This document shows positions 1-10,272 of a stretch of 64,000 bases of DNA, in pieces. The notes beneath the pieces were generated by a model. It did no database searches, was not told the DNA's origin, and saw only the letters and a list, made by a program, of their open reading frames with translations. The first letter of the stretch is position 1. Each line of letters starts with the position of its first letter. Both the position numbers and the translations under genes were made by a program. Source of the stretch: Patescibacteria group bacterium (GTDB lineage: Bacteria; Patescibacteriota; UBA1384; 2-12-FULL-50-11); contig JBBUAP010000002.1 in the NCBI GenBank assembly GCA_038058635.1, positions 20,948 to 84,947 on the forward strand. The letters are read 5' to 3'.

Positions 1-66
1 TCCCATTCTCCTGGCCGGGTTTGAGTATTGAGCGGATTCAAGTTCGGGCGCTTCGGCGCCCACTTT

Positions 67-498
67 TTAATATTTTGAGAGGATAGCTACTCCTAACAAT
101 GCGAATAAGATACCAACGATTTTTACTGGCGACATCGGCTCATGCAAAAAGATGGTCGACATAATTACGGCTAGCGCTACTGCCAAAGCGAAAATCAGCG
201 GCAAGACAACATTTAGTGATTGACCGCGGGAAAACAGTATTAGGTACAGCAGGTCGGCGACACCCGTTGCAATTCCAGCGAGGATAATGAAGGTTAACCC
301 GCTTTTACTAGTTTGGACAACCGGCAGATAATTCAGTGCCCGTAAAATTAGCAAGGTTATACCACTAACAACAGTTGCGGTTAAGGTTAGGTAGAATACT
401 GCCAAAAAGGGGTTGATCTTGTCGGCCGCGACCTTAAGAAAGAAGTTGTAAAGGGCGAATCCTACTGAAGTCGTTAGCGCCAGTGCCAGCCAATTCAT
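67..498 (-). CDS. small integral membrane protein, EamA/DMT-like (4 TM)
   Basis: 143 aa with four hydrophobic helices. Family assignment rests on composition only. Confidence 0.4.
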   Translation of the reverse strand: MNWLALALTTSVGFALYNFFLKVAADKINPFLAVFYLTLTATVVSGITLLILRALNYLPVVQTSKSGLTFIILAGIATGVADLLYLILFSRGQSLNVVLPLIFALAVALAVIMSTIFLHEPMSPVKIVGILFALLGVAILSKY

Positions 499-586
499 AC
501 TCCCATCCTAGACAATGGAAGGCTTTCTATCAAATCGAATGGGTTTGGTTTGTGCGAGCCTTACTTTCCCCCTAATATAGATATTC

Positions 587-2455
587 ATGTCAGAGTCCAA
601 AGATTTATTTGAGGGTTTGAACCCGCCACAGCAAGAAGCAGTTAAGACAACCGAAGGGCCAGTCTTGATTTTTGCTGGGGCTGGCTCGGGTAAAACTAAG
701 TGCCTGACACACCGATTGGCCTATTTGATCGAGCAAAAATTGGCCGCGCCCGATCAGATCTTGGCTATAACATTTACGAATAAAAGTGCCGGTGAACTTG
801 CGCAGAGAATTCTTAAGCTTCTTGGCCAAGAGCACTTACTAGAGGTGAAGCACAGTCAGCTGGCCATTCGCCGGCTCTTACCCTGGGTTGGGACATTCCA
901 CTCCATCTGCGTTCGGATTTTACGCAACGAAGCGACCAATATTGGGTTAAATCAGAACTTTACTATTTACGACACCACTGACACCCTGTCGCTAATCCGC
1001 CAGATTCTAAAGGAAATGAATCTAGACAGTAAGCAGTACTCGCCGCAGGCCATTAAGTCGATCATTGGTTCGGCCAAAAACGAGCTAATGAGCCCCGAGC
1101 AGTACGCTCCGTACGCGGAAGGGCATTTCCAGGGAATCGCGCTCGAGGTCTACAAAAAATACCAAGCCGAACTCAACAAGGTTGGGGGATTGGATTTTGA
1201 CGATTTAATTATGCGGACAGTCAAAATGCTGGAATCCGACAGTACTATTCGGGCGCAATATCAGGAGCGATTCCGTTATGTGATGGTCGATGAGTATCAA
1301 GATACCAACCAAGCCCAGTATCGTTTGACGGCACTCTTGACCAATCCCACCAGCCGTAATCTTTGTGTGGTCGGGGACGACTTTCAAAGCATTTACTCCT
1401 GGCGGGGGGCCAATTTCCAGAACATTTTGAACTTTCAAAAAGATTTTCCTAACACCCAAGTCTTTAAGCTTGAACAAAACTATCGTTCGACTAAAACTAT
1501 TCTCTCTGGCGCTGGCCACATCATCGAACGCGTCAAGCGTAAGAGTCAAAAGAAACTTTGGACCGATAACGAAGCCGGTCCGCCGATTACTATTTTCGAA
1601 GCCAACAACGCCTACAGTGAGGCCGATTTTATCTGCAGTGAAGTCCGGACACTCCGAGGTCTGGGTTATGACTGGAACGATTTTGCCGTTTTATATCGAA
1701 CCAACGCCCAATCGCGGGTTTTGGAAGAAGTCCTGCTGGCCGAAGGTCTGCCGTACCGTCTTGTCGGCGCCATCCGTTTCTACGAGCGTAAAGAAGTCAA
1801 AGATATGCTGTCGTACCTGCGTTTTATCTTTAACCCAGATGATTCCGTCGCAATGAGCCGCATTGTCAATGTCCCGCCACGAGGAATTGGGCCGGTTGCC
1901 CTCAAAAAGGGTGGCTCGAAATTGGAAGGTTTTTATGAGGCGATGGCCAATGTTAGAGACAAGGCCTTGTCAGTCACTCCACTAGCGGCGCTGGAGCTGA
2001 TAATAAAGGAAACTAAGTACCAAAAGTTTCTCGATGACGGTTCGCCAGAAGGCGAGGAGCGTTGGCAGAATGTCGAGGAGTTACTCAATTTAGCCAGTGA
2101 ATTTGAGCGGGTAGAAGAATTTTTGGAGCACGTCGCGTTGGTGAGTGATGTTGATAACTACGATGGCTCGTCTGACGCCGTTACTTTGATGACTTTGCAC
2201 TCATCCAAGGGATTAGAGTTTACGGTTGTTTATATGACCGGTTTGGAAGAAGGGCTGTTTCCTCATATGCGCTCGCTCGAGGACGACAACGAAATGGATG
2301 AGGAGCGACGGCTTTGCTATGTCGGCATGACTCGGGCTAAGAAACGGCTCTATATGACTCACGCCCGTAGCCGTATAATTCACGGCGGTCTAACCGCCAC
2401 CATGCCCAGCCGATTCTTGCGCGAAATCGACGAAAGCCTATTAGATCGGGTTTAA
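587..2455 (+). CDS. uvrD: UvrD/PcrA/Rep-family ATP-dependent DNA helicase (short form, 622 aa)
   Basis: Walker A GAGSGKT, helicase motifs TFTNKSAGEL and VDEYQDTNQAQY, and QNYRST, followed by a C-terminal UvrD_C-like region. Confidence 0.9.
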   Translation: MSESKDLFEGLNPPQQEAVKTTEGPVLIFAGAGSGKTKCLTHRLAYLIEQKLAAPDQILAITFTNKSAGELAQRILKLLGQEHLLEVKHSQLAIRRLLPWVGTFHSICVRILRNEATNIGLNQNFTIYDTTDTLSLIRQILKEMNLDSKQYSPQAIKSIIGSAKNELMSPEQYAPYAEGHFQGIALEVYKKYQAELNKVGGLDFDDLIMRTVKMLESDSTIRAQYQERFRYVMVDEYQDTNQAQYRLTALLTNPTSRNLCVVGDDFQSIYSWRGANFQNILNFQKDFPNTQVFKLEQNYRSTKTILSGAGHIIERVKRKSQKKLWTDNEAGPPITIFEANNAYSEADFICSEVRTLRGLGYDWNDFAVLYRTNAQSRVLEEVLLAEGLPYRLVGAIRFYERKEVKDMLSYLRFIFNPDDSVAMSRIVNVPPRGIGPVALKKGGSKLEGFYEAMANVRDKALSVTPLAALELIIKETKYQKFLDDGSPEGEERWQNVEELLNLASEFERVEEFLEHVALVSDVDNYDGSSDAVTLMTLHSSKGLEFTVVYMTGLEEGLFPHMRSLEDDNEMDEERRLCYVGMTRAKKRLYMTHARSRIIHGGLTATMPSRFLREIDESLLDRV

Positions 2456-2797
2456 AATCGTCGCCCCGACCGGTGAAGGCCGGGGCGCTTGAAAAAGGAT
2501 GGCTAACCGCCGCAGAAGCACGGCGGCCTGATCCACTTCAAGGCCTGCCTCACCATCAGTTGGTGACGAAGCGGCATCGATGGTGGAGGCCGTTCCCGGA
2601 AACGGCTGGGTGCAATGCAGTAAGGTTCGAAGTCGAAGTCCAAACAAGCTAACGCAAAAGCAAAGTGTGCAAAAATTGACATACTCGCGCTTTCCCTCCC
2701 TTGGGATAGTTAGTATTCTATGCCTGTTTGTCAAATTTTTCCAGCGATTGGCTTGACACCATCCGCTAGTCGGCTAGTGTAGATAGTACGCAATAAT

Positions 2798-3796
2798 ATG
2801 ACGACCACGAAGAAGTGGGGGGTGGGAACTTTATTGATTTCAGCATTAGGCCTACTGGCCTTTTTCACTGTCACCTCACCCGAAGGTAACGGCAGTGTAA
2901 CATTCGCCCAAGACGCCACGCTGATTAGTGCCGCGACCGATTTTCATCCGACCGAAGTTTTCTCGGTTTTTCATCAAGCTAATTCGCTCCTAGAAGCATT
3001 TCAGGCGGCCGGAGTCGAATACTTCCCCGAAGATAAAATCGCCTATTTTCCCGACCCGAGTTTGGGTATCGGGACTGTCATCACTGCCCAGCGCGCTCTG
3101 CCGGTAACCGTCATTGACGGTAAGAGAACCAAGGTCTTACGAACCTGGGTGACGACTGTCGGCGAACTATTGAATGAGAAAAAGATCGAACTCGGCACCG
3201 ACGACAAAATCGCCCCGACTCTTGTCACACCTTTGGCCAAAGATACGGTCATCACCATCACCCGAGTCGCTCGCACCAACGTCACCGAGACTGAAGTCGT
3301 CCCATTCAAGACTACTATCGAAAAAGATTACAGTCAGTTCGTCGGTCCACAAACAGTGGTCAAAGCCGGGGCTAACGGCCAGCTGGAAAAAATATATCTT
3401 CTAATTAGAGAAGACGGTGAATTGGTCAGCAAGACTCTAGTTTCCACCAAAACGACCAAGCCAGCCGTCACGGCACAGGTGCGTCAGGGTGGGTTGAACC
3501 CGGTGCCGAAGCAGTGTCTGTCGATGAAAGACTGGGTGGTTGATGCCAGCACCAAAAACAAAATCGATCCAAACGCTCTCTTCTATCGAATTGTTCGCGA
3601 AAGCAACTGCCATCCAAACTCGTCTGGGGCCGGCGGGAAGTATTTAGGGCTTTTACAGTACGATCCTTATTTCTGGAATTCAGTCTCTGCGAAGGCGGGT
3701 TATCCGGGTGGTGACATTTGGGATGCCCGAACCCAGATTTATGTGACCGCCTGGGCTTGGGCACATGGTTTCCGCGGCCGCTGGCCAGCGCCGTAA
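2798..3796 (+). CDS. RpfB-like secreted cell-wall protein (DUF348 + G5 + transglycosylase-like C-terminal domain)
   Basis: N-terminal TM anchor. DUF348-like segment VTVIDGKRTKVLRTWVTTVGELL...ITITRV. G5-like segment TETEVVPFKTTIEKDY...VRQG. C-terminal CHPNSSGAGGKYLGLLQYDPYFW resembles the Rpf lysozyme-like domain. Confidence 0.55.
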   Translation: MTTTKKWGVGTLLISALGLLAFFTVTSPEGNGSVTFAQDATLISAATDFHPTEVFSVFHQANSLLEAFQAAGVEYFPEDKIAYFPDPSLGIGTVITAQRALPVTVIDGKRTKVLRTWVTTVGELLNEKKIELGTDDKIAPTLVTPLAKDTVITITRVARTNVTETEVVPFKTTIEKDYSQFVGPQTVVKAGANGQLEKIYLLIREDGELVSKTLVSTKTTKPAVTAQVRQGGLNPVPKQCLSMKDWVVDASTKNKIDPNALFYRIVRESNCHPNSSGAGGKYLGLLQYDPYFWNSVSAKAGYPGGDIWDARTQIYVTAWAWAHGFRGRWPAP

Positions 3797-3885
3797 ACGG
3801 CAGAATCAAGATTTAAGAATCTAGATTTAAGAGCAAGAATCCGAGCGCCCCTTCTTGAATCTTAAATAATAAATCTCTATTCTTC
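3797..3885. repeat. AT-rich imperfect palindrome of AGATTTAAGA / TCTTAAAT words between the rpfB-like gene and rsmA
   Basis: gaatcaagatttaagaatctagatttaagagcaagaatc...cttcttgaatcttaaataataaatctctattcttc. Confidence 0.45.
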
Positions 3886-3889
3886 TCCT

Positions 3890-4705
3890 ATGAAGCCCGC
3901 TGAGATTCTACGAGACTTGAAGAAATTCCCGAAAAAGCTTTTGGGGCAGAATTTTTTGGTGGACGAATCGGTTATTCGCGATATGATTGCCGCAGCCGAG
4001 ATTACGCCAGAGGATACTGTCGTCGAAATTGGTCCGGGTCTTGGGGCGCTGACCGACGAGCTGGCAAAAAGCGCGAGGCAAGTGCTGGCAATCGAAATGG
4101 ATCAGGAGTTGGCAGATTACTTACGGCAGAAAAAACGACGCCAGGTCAAAATTATTCACGGTGACGCCTTGAAAATAGATTGGGCAGTGACACTCGACGG
4201 TCCGTACCGGATCGTTGCCAACATTCCGTACTCGATCACCTCTCCGCTGCTCCGGAAAATATTTAGCATAGAGAATCGGCCGACTAAGGTCGTTCTGCTG
4301 GTTCAAAAAGAAATGGCCGTTCGAATTACGGCCGAGCCTGGTTCGAGCGAGCGCGGATTTTTAACCTTGCTTTGCGAAGCCGCCGCCAAAGTTAAAATTA
4401 TTCGAACCGTCAAACCAGGCAGTTTTTATCCTAGTCCCAAAACCGATTCGGCCATCATTGCGCTGACATTACTGCCAGAAAACCGAGCCGATCAGATCTA
4501 CTGGCCAGCTATCGAAGCTGGTTTCAGTCACAAGCGCCAAACCCTTTGTAACGGCATCAATAAAGATTTGAAAATTTCCAAAGCCGAAATCATCGCCATT
4601 TTGGAATCTGCCAAGCTCGACCCGCTCATTCGTTCCCAGAACCTGTCCTTTGACGACTGGATAATCGTTTCCAGACGGATTGAAAAGTTGATAAAAAAGA
4701 GTTAA
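3890..4705 (+). CDS. rsmA: 16S rRNA (adenine1518/1519-N6)-dimethyltransferase RsmA/KsgA
   Basis: LGQNFLVDESVI, SAM motif VVEIGPGLGALT, and catalytic NIPYSITSP. Confidence 0.9.
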   Translation: MKPAEILRDLKKFPKKLLGQNFLVDESVIRDMIAAAEITPEDTVVEIGPGLGALTDELAKSARQVLAIEMDQELADYLRQKKRRQVKIIHGDALKIDWAVTLDGPYRIVANIPYSITSPLLRKIFSIENRPTKVVLLVQKEMAVRITAEPGSSERGFLTLLCEAAAKVKIIRTVKPGSFYPSPKTDSAIIALTLLPENRADQIYWPAIEAGFSHKRQTLCNGINKDLKISKAEIIAILESAKLDPLIRSQNLSFDDWIIVSRRIEKLIKKS

Positions 4706-4733
4706 TATTCTCTCGAAGCCGAAAGGCGAGGAG

Positions 4734-5201
4734 GTGGATATGAACAGTACAATTGACTCGTGGGCGGAAATCTTAATCGCTCTGGTTGTTGGCGTTATCG
4801 TGGCCGGCTTGGCCAGCTGGCTTTGGCTGGGCTCGTTCAGTCCGCCAGTGCTAGTCATTTTCGTCAGCGTGACCGTTTTGGTGATGTTGTGGTTTGCTCT
4901 GCCGAGACGACCCATGAAGAGGCGTTATCAAGGATCAAGAGCTCGAGCGAATCTTGAAGATCGAGGAGGCAGGAAAGTGAAGAAAATCAATAAGCATCAT
5001 ACCGCCTTATTTGGCCGGTTGATCGTCTCGACGATTGTGGCGGTGGTTGTCTGGGTCATCGCCTGCTTGTTCGCTGACTGGTGGACGCGACCGAGTACGA
5101 TCGCCTTCGTGGTCGCATTCTTGATTGCCTACATCCTTCTGACAAAGTTGGAAGCGGTTATCGACCGCGAAGATCAGGCGGCCAGGGGCGAGCTGGTTTA
5201 G
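4734..5201 (+). CDS. hypothetical membrane protein (4 TM)
   Basis: 155-aa ORF with an AGGAGG SD (gcgaggaggtggatATG) and hydrophobic helices. It overlaps the upstream part of the rsmI ORF. Confidence 0.35.
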   Translation: MDMNSTIDSWAEILIALVVGVIVAGLASWLWLGSFSPPVLVIFVSVTVLVMLWFALPRRPMKRRYQGSRARANLEDRGGRKVKKINKHHTALFGRLIVSTIVAVVVWVIACLFADWWTRPSTIAFVVAFLIAYILLTKLEAVIDREDQAARGELV

Positions 5202-5266
5202 CCACGTTTCGTTGTCCCAAGACCGGCCTGATGACTTCGGGCCGGTATTCTCCTATACTAACGCTA

Positions 5267-5917
5267 ATGCTTTACATCATCGCCACACCGATTGGTAATT
5301 TGGGGGACATTACATTTCGAGCAATCGAAACGCTCAAAAGTGTTGAAAAAATTTATTGCGAAGATACTCGCCGCACCGCCAAACTATTGGCCCATTTTGA
5401 GATTAAAAAACCGCTCGAAAGTTTTCACGAGCATTCGGAAGGCAAGATCGAGCGAATTGTGACCGAACTCAAACAAGGCGGCGAGATTGCCTATGTTTCT
5501 GATGCCGGAACGCCCGGCATTAACGATCCTGGCGGCAAACTGGTCGCCGCCGCCCGCGCAGCCGGAATTGATATTTCGCCGATTCCTGGCGCCTCGGCTG
5601 TGACAGCACTGCTTTCGGTTGCCGGTATCGCCGCCGACAAGTTCTGCTATATGGGTTTTGTGCCGACTAAAAAAGGTCGCGAGACATTCATCAAAAAAAT
5701 GCTCTCCTCCGAGATGTCGGTGGTTTTCTTCGAAACCGCCCCACGGCTACCCAAACTTTTCGACCAATTAATCGCTCTGGGCGGAGAGAGCCGAACTCTA
5801 ATCGTCGGCCGCGAGCTAACAAAGAAGTTTGAAGAAATCCAAACTGGCACACCGGTCGAGCTAAAAGACTACTTCTCCAAACCCCTCGGGGAATTCGTCC
5901 TTGTCTTAACAACTTAA
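5267..5917 (+). CDS. rsmI: rRNA small subunit 2'-O-methyltransferase RsmI (tetrapyrrole methylase fold)
   Basis: MLYIIATPIGNLGDIT...IYCEDTRRT...AYVSDAGTPGINDPG. Start chosen at the internal Met that fits the family N-terminus. Confidence 0.8.
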   Translation: MLYIIATPIGNLGDITFRAIETLKSVEKIYCEDTRRTAKLLAHFEIKKPLESFHEHSEGKIERIVTELKQGGEIAYVSDAGTPGINDPGGKLVAAARAAGIDISPIPGASAVTALLSVAGIAADKFCYMGFVPTKKGRETFIKKMLSSEMSVVFFETAPRLPKLFDQLIALGGESRTLIVGRELTKKFEEIQTGTPVELKDYFSKPLGEFVLVLTT

Positions 5918-6019
5918 TTTCAGGCATAATACAGGGGTGAAAAACACTTATATCACCACCAGCATCGCTTACTGGAAAAGCTTGTACCAACAAGTCTTTT
6001 CAAGATGTGATGGAGAATA

Positions 6020-7390
6020 ATGAATAAATTATATATCACTACCTCTATTGCATATGTTAATGCCGAGCCACATATCGGTTTTTTGTACGAGCTCTTGGCG
6101 GGGGATGTATTAAAGCGCTACCACCAATCTCTGGGAGAGGAAGTCTTTTTCCTGACCGGCACCGATGAGCATGGCATTAAGGTCGCTCAAGCGGCGGAAA
6201 AGTCCGGCCTAGAACCGCAACAATTCGTCGACGAAATTTCCAAAAAGTTTGAACAATTAGGCCAGGATTTTAACATAGGTTTCGACTACTTCATCCGCAC
6301 TACCAATCCCGACCATCAAAAATTCGTTCAAGAAAAGTGGCTACAACTGGAAAAAGCCGGGGTCTTGGAAAAGAAAAAATACAGCGGTCTTTATTGCTCC
6401 GGTTGCGAGGCGTTCAAAACCGAAGGCGAGATCGAGGACAGTAAATGCACGATCCACGAAAAAGCACTCGAGTTGGTTGAGGAAGAGAACTGGTTTTTGG
6501 TAATAGCGAAATACAAATCACGAATAACGGATTGGATTAATGAATCGGTTTTTCCAGAGAGTCGCCGACAAGAGGTGATAAACATTCTCAACTCGGGTGC
6601 TTACGACAAGGTGTCGCTGTCGCGTTCGCGCGAGCGCTACGGTTGGGGCGTGCCAGTGCCGGGCGACGAAAGCCAAGTCATGTATGTCTGGGCGGACGCT
6701 TTGTTCAACTACATTTCGGCCCTGGAAATAAACGGCAAAACTGATTTATGGCCGGCGGATATTCAGATTGTCGGTAAAGATATTCTAAAGTTTCACGCTA
6801 TTATTTGGCCGGCCTTGCTGTTGGCCTGCGGCTATGAACTACCCAAGAAACTACTGGTGCACGGGTTTATTAATGTTGACGGCAAAAAGATGTCTAAAAG
6901 CTTGGGTAATGTTATCGCTCCCCAACAGCTACTCGAGCGCTACGGTGTGGAGGCAACGCGTTACCTAATTTTCCGCGGCCTGTCCTTTGACGACGATAGC
7001 AATTTTACCTGGGAGGATTTCGATCACTTATATAACGGAGAGTTGGCTAACGGGCTAGGTAATTTGGTCGCCAGAGTTATTGGGATTGGTAAAAAAGCCG
7101 GTAAATTTGCGTTACCCAAGAGGGCAGAAACGGCGAACGAAACAGAATTTAGTTTCAAATCTTCGCTCGAGAAGGCCAATGCTCTAATAAACCAAGCAGA
7201 TGGAGTCATCACCGCCGAGAAACTCTGGGAAAACCCCAGCGACAAAATCGCGAAGCTTGAGGAAGCTGTCTGTTGCTTGCTACAAGCTACTAACCATCTC
7301 GCCCCCTTTATGCCTGATACCGCCAAAGAAATCCACCGCCAATTGACCGAGCTGGACTCCCAGCCTCTCTTCCCTCGACTAGTAAAGTAA
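6020..7390 (+). CDS. metG: methionyl-tRNA synthetase (class I, short core form)
   Basis: HIGF (HIGH variant) near the N-terminus, LTGTDEHG, and KMSKS. SD ggagaataATG. Confidence 0.85.
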   Translation: MNKLYITTSIAYVNAEPHIGFLYELLAGDVLKRYHQSLGEEVFFLTGTDEHGIKVAQAAEKSGLEPQQFVDEISKKFEQLGQDFNIGFDYFIRTTNPDHQKFVQEKWLQLEKAGVLEKKKYSGLYCSGCEAFKTEGEIEDSKCTIHEKALELVEEENWFLVIAKYKSRITDWINESVFPESRRQEVINILNSGAYDKVSLSRSRERYGWGVPVPGDESQVMYVWADALFNYISALEINGKTDLWPADIQIVGKDILKFHAIIWPALLLACGYELPKKLLVHGFINVDGKKMSKSLGNVIAPQQLLERYGVEATRYLIFRGLSFDDDSNFTWEDFDHLYNGELANGLGNLVARVIGIGKKAGKFALPKRAETANETEFSFKSSLEKANALINQADGVITAEKLWENPSDKIAKLEEAVCCLLQATNHLAPFMPDTAKEIHRQLTELDSQPLFPRLVK

Positions 7391-7475
7391 AAGGGGAGGA
7401 TTAATCCTCCCAAGATTCCTTCATTCTTAAGTCTTAATTCCTAAATCGTAAATCTTGCTCTACTATTAGTAGAGA

Positions 7476-8324
7476 ATGTTCTCTGCACTCATCTCCGCGG
7501 TTTCGGCCGCGGGGGGCTTGATTATAGACAAAATCATCCTGTCTCGGCGGAGCGTACCCTTGCGGATTTTTATTCCTGTCGTTTTCACCTTTCTGTTTGC
7601 TTTCACCATCATTTTCACCCCGCTCTTTGGCTTCATCGATTGGCAGACGGCTCTCTTGCCCAACAACCTCTTTCTTACCCTACTGATGATCGTGATCGCC
7701 GTTGCTTGGAATGTCTTGGCCTACCAAAGCTTGCAGCGCGAGTCGGTTCACCAACACGAAGTCATTCTAATGACCGGGCCGATTGTGACGATATTGCTAG
7801 CGGCGCTGTTCTTCCAGGAAGAATTTAACCTCGTAATTTTCATTCTCGGGTTGGTCGCCAGCTTGGCGATGTTGATTGCTCGAACAGAGAAGCACCATTT
7901 TAAGTTCGACAAGATTACTTACAATCTTTTCTTGGCCGTTATTCTGATGTCGATTGAAAGTATTATTATTCGGGAGCTGCTCTATTCCTACTCGCCGATT
8001 TCGCTCTACGCCATCCGGACTTTCTTTTTGGCGGGATTTTTCTGGCTCTATTATCACCCGAAGCTTCCGGAAGTTGGTCGGTCGCCGGTCTGGCTATTAG
8101 GGCTGTCCGGAGCTGTTGGGGCGTTGTCGATGATTACCCGCTTTTACGCCTTTGGTTCGCTTGGCGTCATTTTCACTACCCTCATTTCGACCCTAGCGCC
8201 AATCATTGTTTTCATCGGCTCGTGGGAGATTCTTCACGAACGAATCCGACCGCGTGTGATTGTCGCCTCGATAATTATTTTAATCTGTGTGGCAGTGGCA
8301 ACAGCGCTGACTAATATTCTCTGA
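7476..8324 (+). CDS. polytopic membrane protein (about 10 TM, possibly DMT/EamA-like)
   Basis: 282 aa, hydrophobic throughout. Confidence 0.4.
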   Translation: MFSALISAVSAAGGLIIDKIILSRRSVPLRIFIPVVFTFLFAFTIIFTPLFGFIDWQTALLPNNLFLTLLMIVIAVAWNVLAYQSLQRESVHQHEVILMTGPIVTILLAALFFQEEFNLVIFILGLVASLAMLIARTEKHHFKFDKITYNLFLAVILMSIESIIIRELLYSYSPISLYAIRTFFLAGFFWLYYHPKLPEVGRSPVWLLGLSGAVGALSMITRFYAFGSLGVIFTTLISTLAPIIVFIGSWEILHERIRPRVIVASIIILICVAVATALTNIL

Positions 8325-9106
8325 TGCGCGCTATCGACACCCACGCCCATCTAGATTTTCCGCAGTTTGACGAGGATCGAGCTGCCCTGATTTCCCAACT
8401 GGCCGAGGAAGAAATCGGGGTGATTAATATCGCTACTGATTTTGAATCTAATCAAAAGGTCATTGACTTAGCCAGTACCAACAGCTTAATTTGGGCGACG
8501 GTTGGCATTCATCCAACAGAAATCAACTCTACTACTCTGGCTGGTCTAGCCGATCAATTAGAATCGCTAAAAGCCCTGGCTGAATCTAGCCCAAAAGTGG
8601 TTGCCATTGGTGAGGTTGGGCTGGATTACTACCGAAAAGAATCGGCTAGTCAGGCCGAGACCCAAAAAGCGGTTCTGCGTCAGTTTCTAACACTCGCCAG
8701 CGAAATAAATTTACCGGTAGTTTTTCACTGTCGTGAAGCTTACGGCGATTTACTAACGATGTTGGCGGATTACCCGGGCACAAGAGGGGTGATGCACTGC
8801 TTCACCGGTACAGTCAAAGAAGCCAAAAGTTTCTTGGATCTGGGAATGTATGTCTCGTTCACGGCCACGGTTACCTACCCGGCAAACGATACCCAACGCG
8901 AAACAATCGCCAGCGTGCCACTAGAAAAAATGTTCCTAGAAACTGACTGTCCTTTCTTGGTTACTCAAGCGCGTCGGGGAACTCGCAACGACCCCCGAAC
9001 CATCTTTGAAGTCGCCCAAACAATCGCCGCGGTTAAGAAAATAAGTGAGGAAGAGGTTTTGAAACAAACAACGCAAAATGCGATAGCATTTTTCGGTTTA
9101 AAATGA
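8324..9106 (+). CDS. tatD: TatD-family metal-dependent hydrolase/DNase
   Basis: IDTHAHLD at the N-terminus, EVGLDYY, HCF/HCR motifs. Confidence 0.85.
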   Translation: MRAIDTHAHLDFPQFDEDRAALISQLAEEEIGVINIATDFESNQKVIDLASTNSLIWATVGIHPTEINSTTLAGLADQLESLKALAESSPKVVAIGEVGLDYYRKESASQAETQKAVLRQFLTLASEINLPVVFHCREAYGDLLTMLADYPGTRGVMHCFTGTVKEAKSFLDLGMYVSFTATVTYPANDTQRETIASVPLEKMFLETDCPFLVTQARRGTRNDPRTIFEVAQTIAAVKKISEEEVLKQTTQNAIAFFGLK

Positions 9107-9110
9107 CAAT

Positions 9111-9150
9111 TCCTTACTTCAGACTTCAGCCTTTAGACTTTAGACTTCTG
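9111..9150. repeat. solo 3'-arm of the AGACTT-word element
   Basis: cttacttcagacttcagcctttagactttagacttctg, between tatD and the CvpA-CAP gene. Confidence 0.5.
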
Positions 9151-9164
9151 CCCGGAGGGCAGTC

Positions 9165-10139
9165 ATGAACTGGGTTGACCTTCTTATTCTCGGAGCGTTT
9201 CTGTTCTACTTCTTCGAAGGTATTCGTCGAGGATTTATTGAGCAATCACTGGAACTGATCGGGTTTTTCATCACCATTTTTCTAGCTCTGCTTGGCTATC
9301 ACTACTTTGGGGCCGTAGTGATGGAAAAAACCGGCATTCAAAAACAAGCGGCCGACCCGATTGCTTTTATTATTCTTTGGTTCATTTACCAAGTTATATA
9401 CTCGCTGATATTACGCTACAGCTACCCCAACATTCCGGCCCGGATCCGCAATACCTTGCCCAATAAGCTAGCGGGATTGATTCCAGCGTTTCTGAAAGGG
9501 ATGGTTATCCTTTCGGTGATACTGACCGTGGTTATCTCCGTACCAGTACCTCCGAAGCTGAAATCGGAAATCAGCAACTCATGGCTCGGCAGTCGATTCA
9601 TCAACAATTCGGCCACGGTCGAGCAGTATATTAATACCATTGTCGGTGGCGATTTAAAGGAGTCGTTAACATTCTTGACGGTTCCGGCTCAAACCGAACA
9701 GATTATCGACCCGAGCGAAAAAGTCGATCTAAAATTTACTACCACCGAAACAACAGTTGATGCCACTTCCGAAAGTAAAATGTTCCAATGGGTTAATGAG
9801 GAGCGAGCCAAGGCCGGCGTCAAACCGTTAGTAGTCGATGCTGGGTTAACAGGAGTGGCTCGAGCGCACTCAAAGGATATGTTCAATCGCGGCTTTTTTG
9901 CCCACGAAAACCCCGATGGCCTCTCGCCATTTGATCGAATGGATAAGGGTGGTGTCAGTTTCCAAGTCGCCGGTGAGAACATTGCTTACGCCCCAACAGT
10001 TGAACTGGCCCATAACGGCCTGATGCGCTCGCCTGGGCACCGAAAAAATATCTTGAGTCCGGATTACGGCCGAGTTGGCTACGGCATCATCGACGCCGGC
10101 ATCTACGGCAAGATGTTTGCGCAAGAGTTTGCGGACTAG
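9165..10139 (+). CDS. CvpA-like membrane domain fused to a CAP/SCP (YkwD-like) extracellular domain
   Basis: N-terminal 4-TM region (CvpA-like) followed by a CAP domain (HSKDMFNRGFFAHENPDG...GENIAYA...GHRKNIL). Confidence 0.6.
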   Translation: MNWVDLLILGAFLFYFFEGIRRGFIEQSLELIGFFITIFLALLGYHYFGAVVMEKTGIQKQAADPIAFIILWFIYQVIYSLILRYSYPNIPARIRNTLPNKLAGLIPAFLKGMVILSVILTVVISVPVPPKLKSEISNSWLGSRFINNSATVEQYINTIVGGDLKESLTFLTVPAQTEQIIDPSEKVDLKFTTTETTVDATSESKMFQWVNEERAKAGVKPLVVDAGLTGVARAHSKDMFNRGFFAHENPDGLSPFDRMDKGGVSFQVAGENIAYAPTVELAHNGLMRSPGHRKNILSPDYGRVGYGIIDAGIYGKMFAQEFAD

Positions 10140-10272
10140 GTTTTAGTAAAAACCTTCTTACTTCGCGGCTTGCAGCCGCCTGGCTTCAGCGAGAACCAGG
10201 GGGCTAATTTGCGAAGCCGCCCCCTAAGTTCTCGCGCTCTTTACCCCCGCACGCTACCCTTTGGGGAGAGGT

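Noticed and set aside
1205-1856. ORFs 1205..1549 (-) and 1470..1856 (+) overlapping uvrD
   Set aside because: Alternative-frame ORFs inside a well-supported helicase gene.
2600-2660. tRNA-like T-loop resemblance (ggttcgaagtcg) in the uvrD downstream region
   Set aside because: No acceptor stem, D-arm, anticodon arm or CCA context can be built. Treated as part of a structured leader instead.
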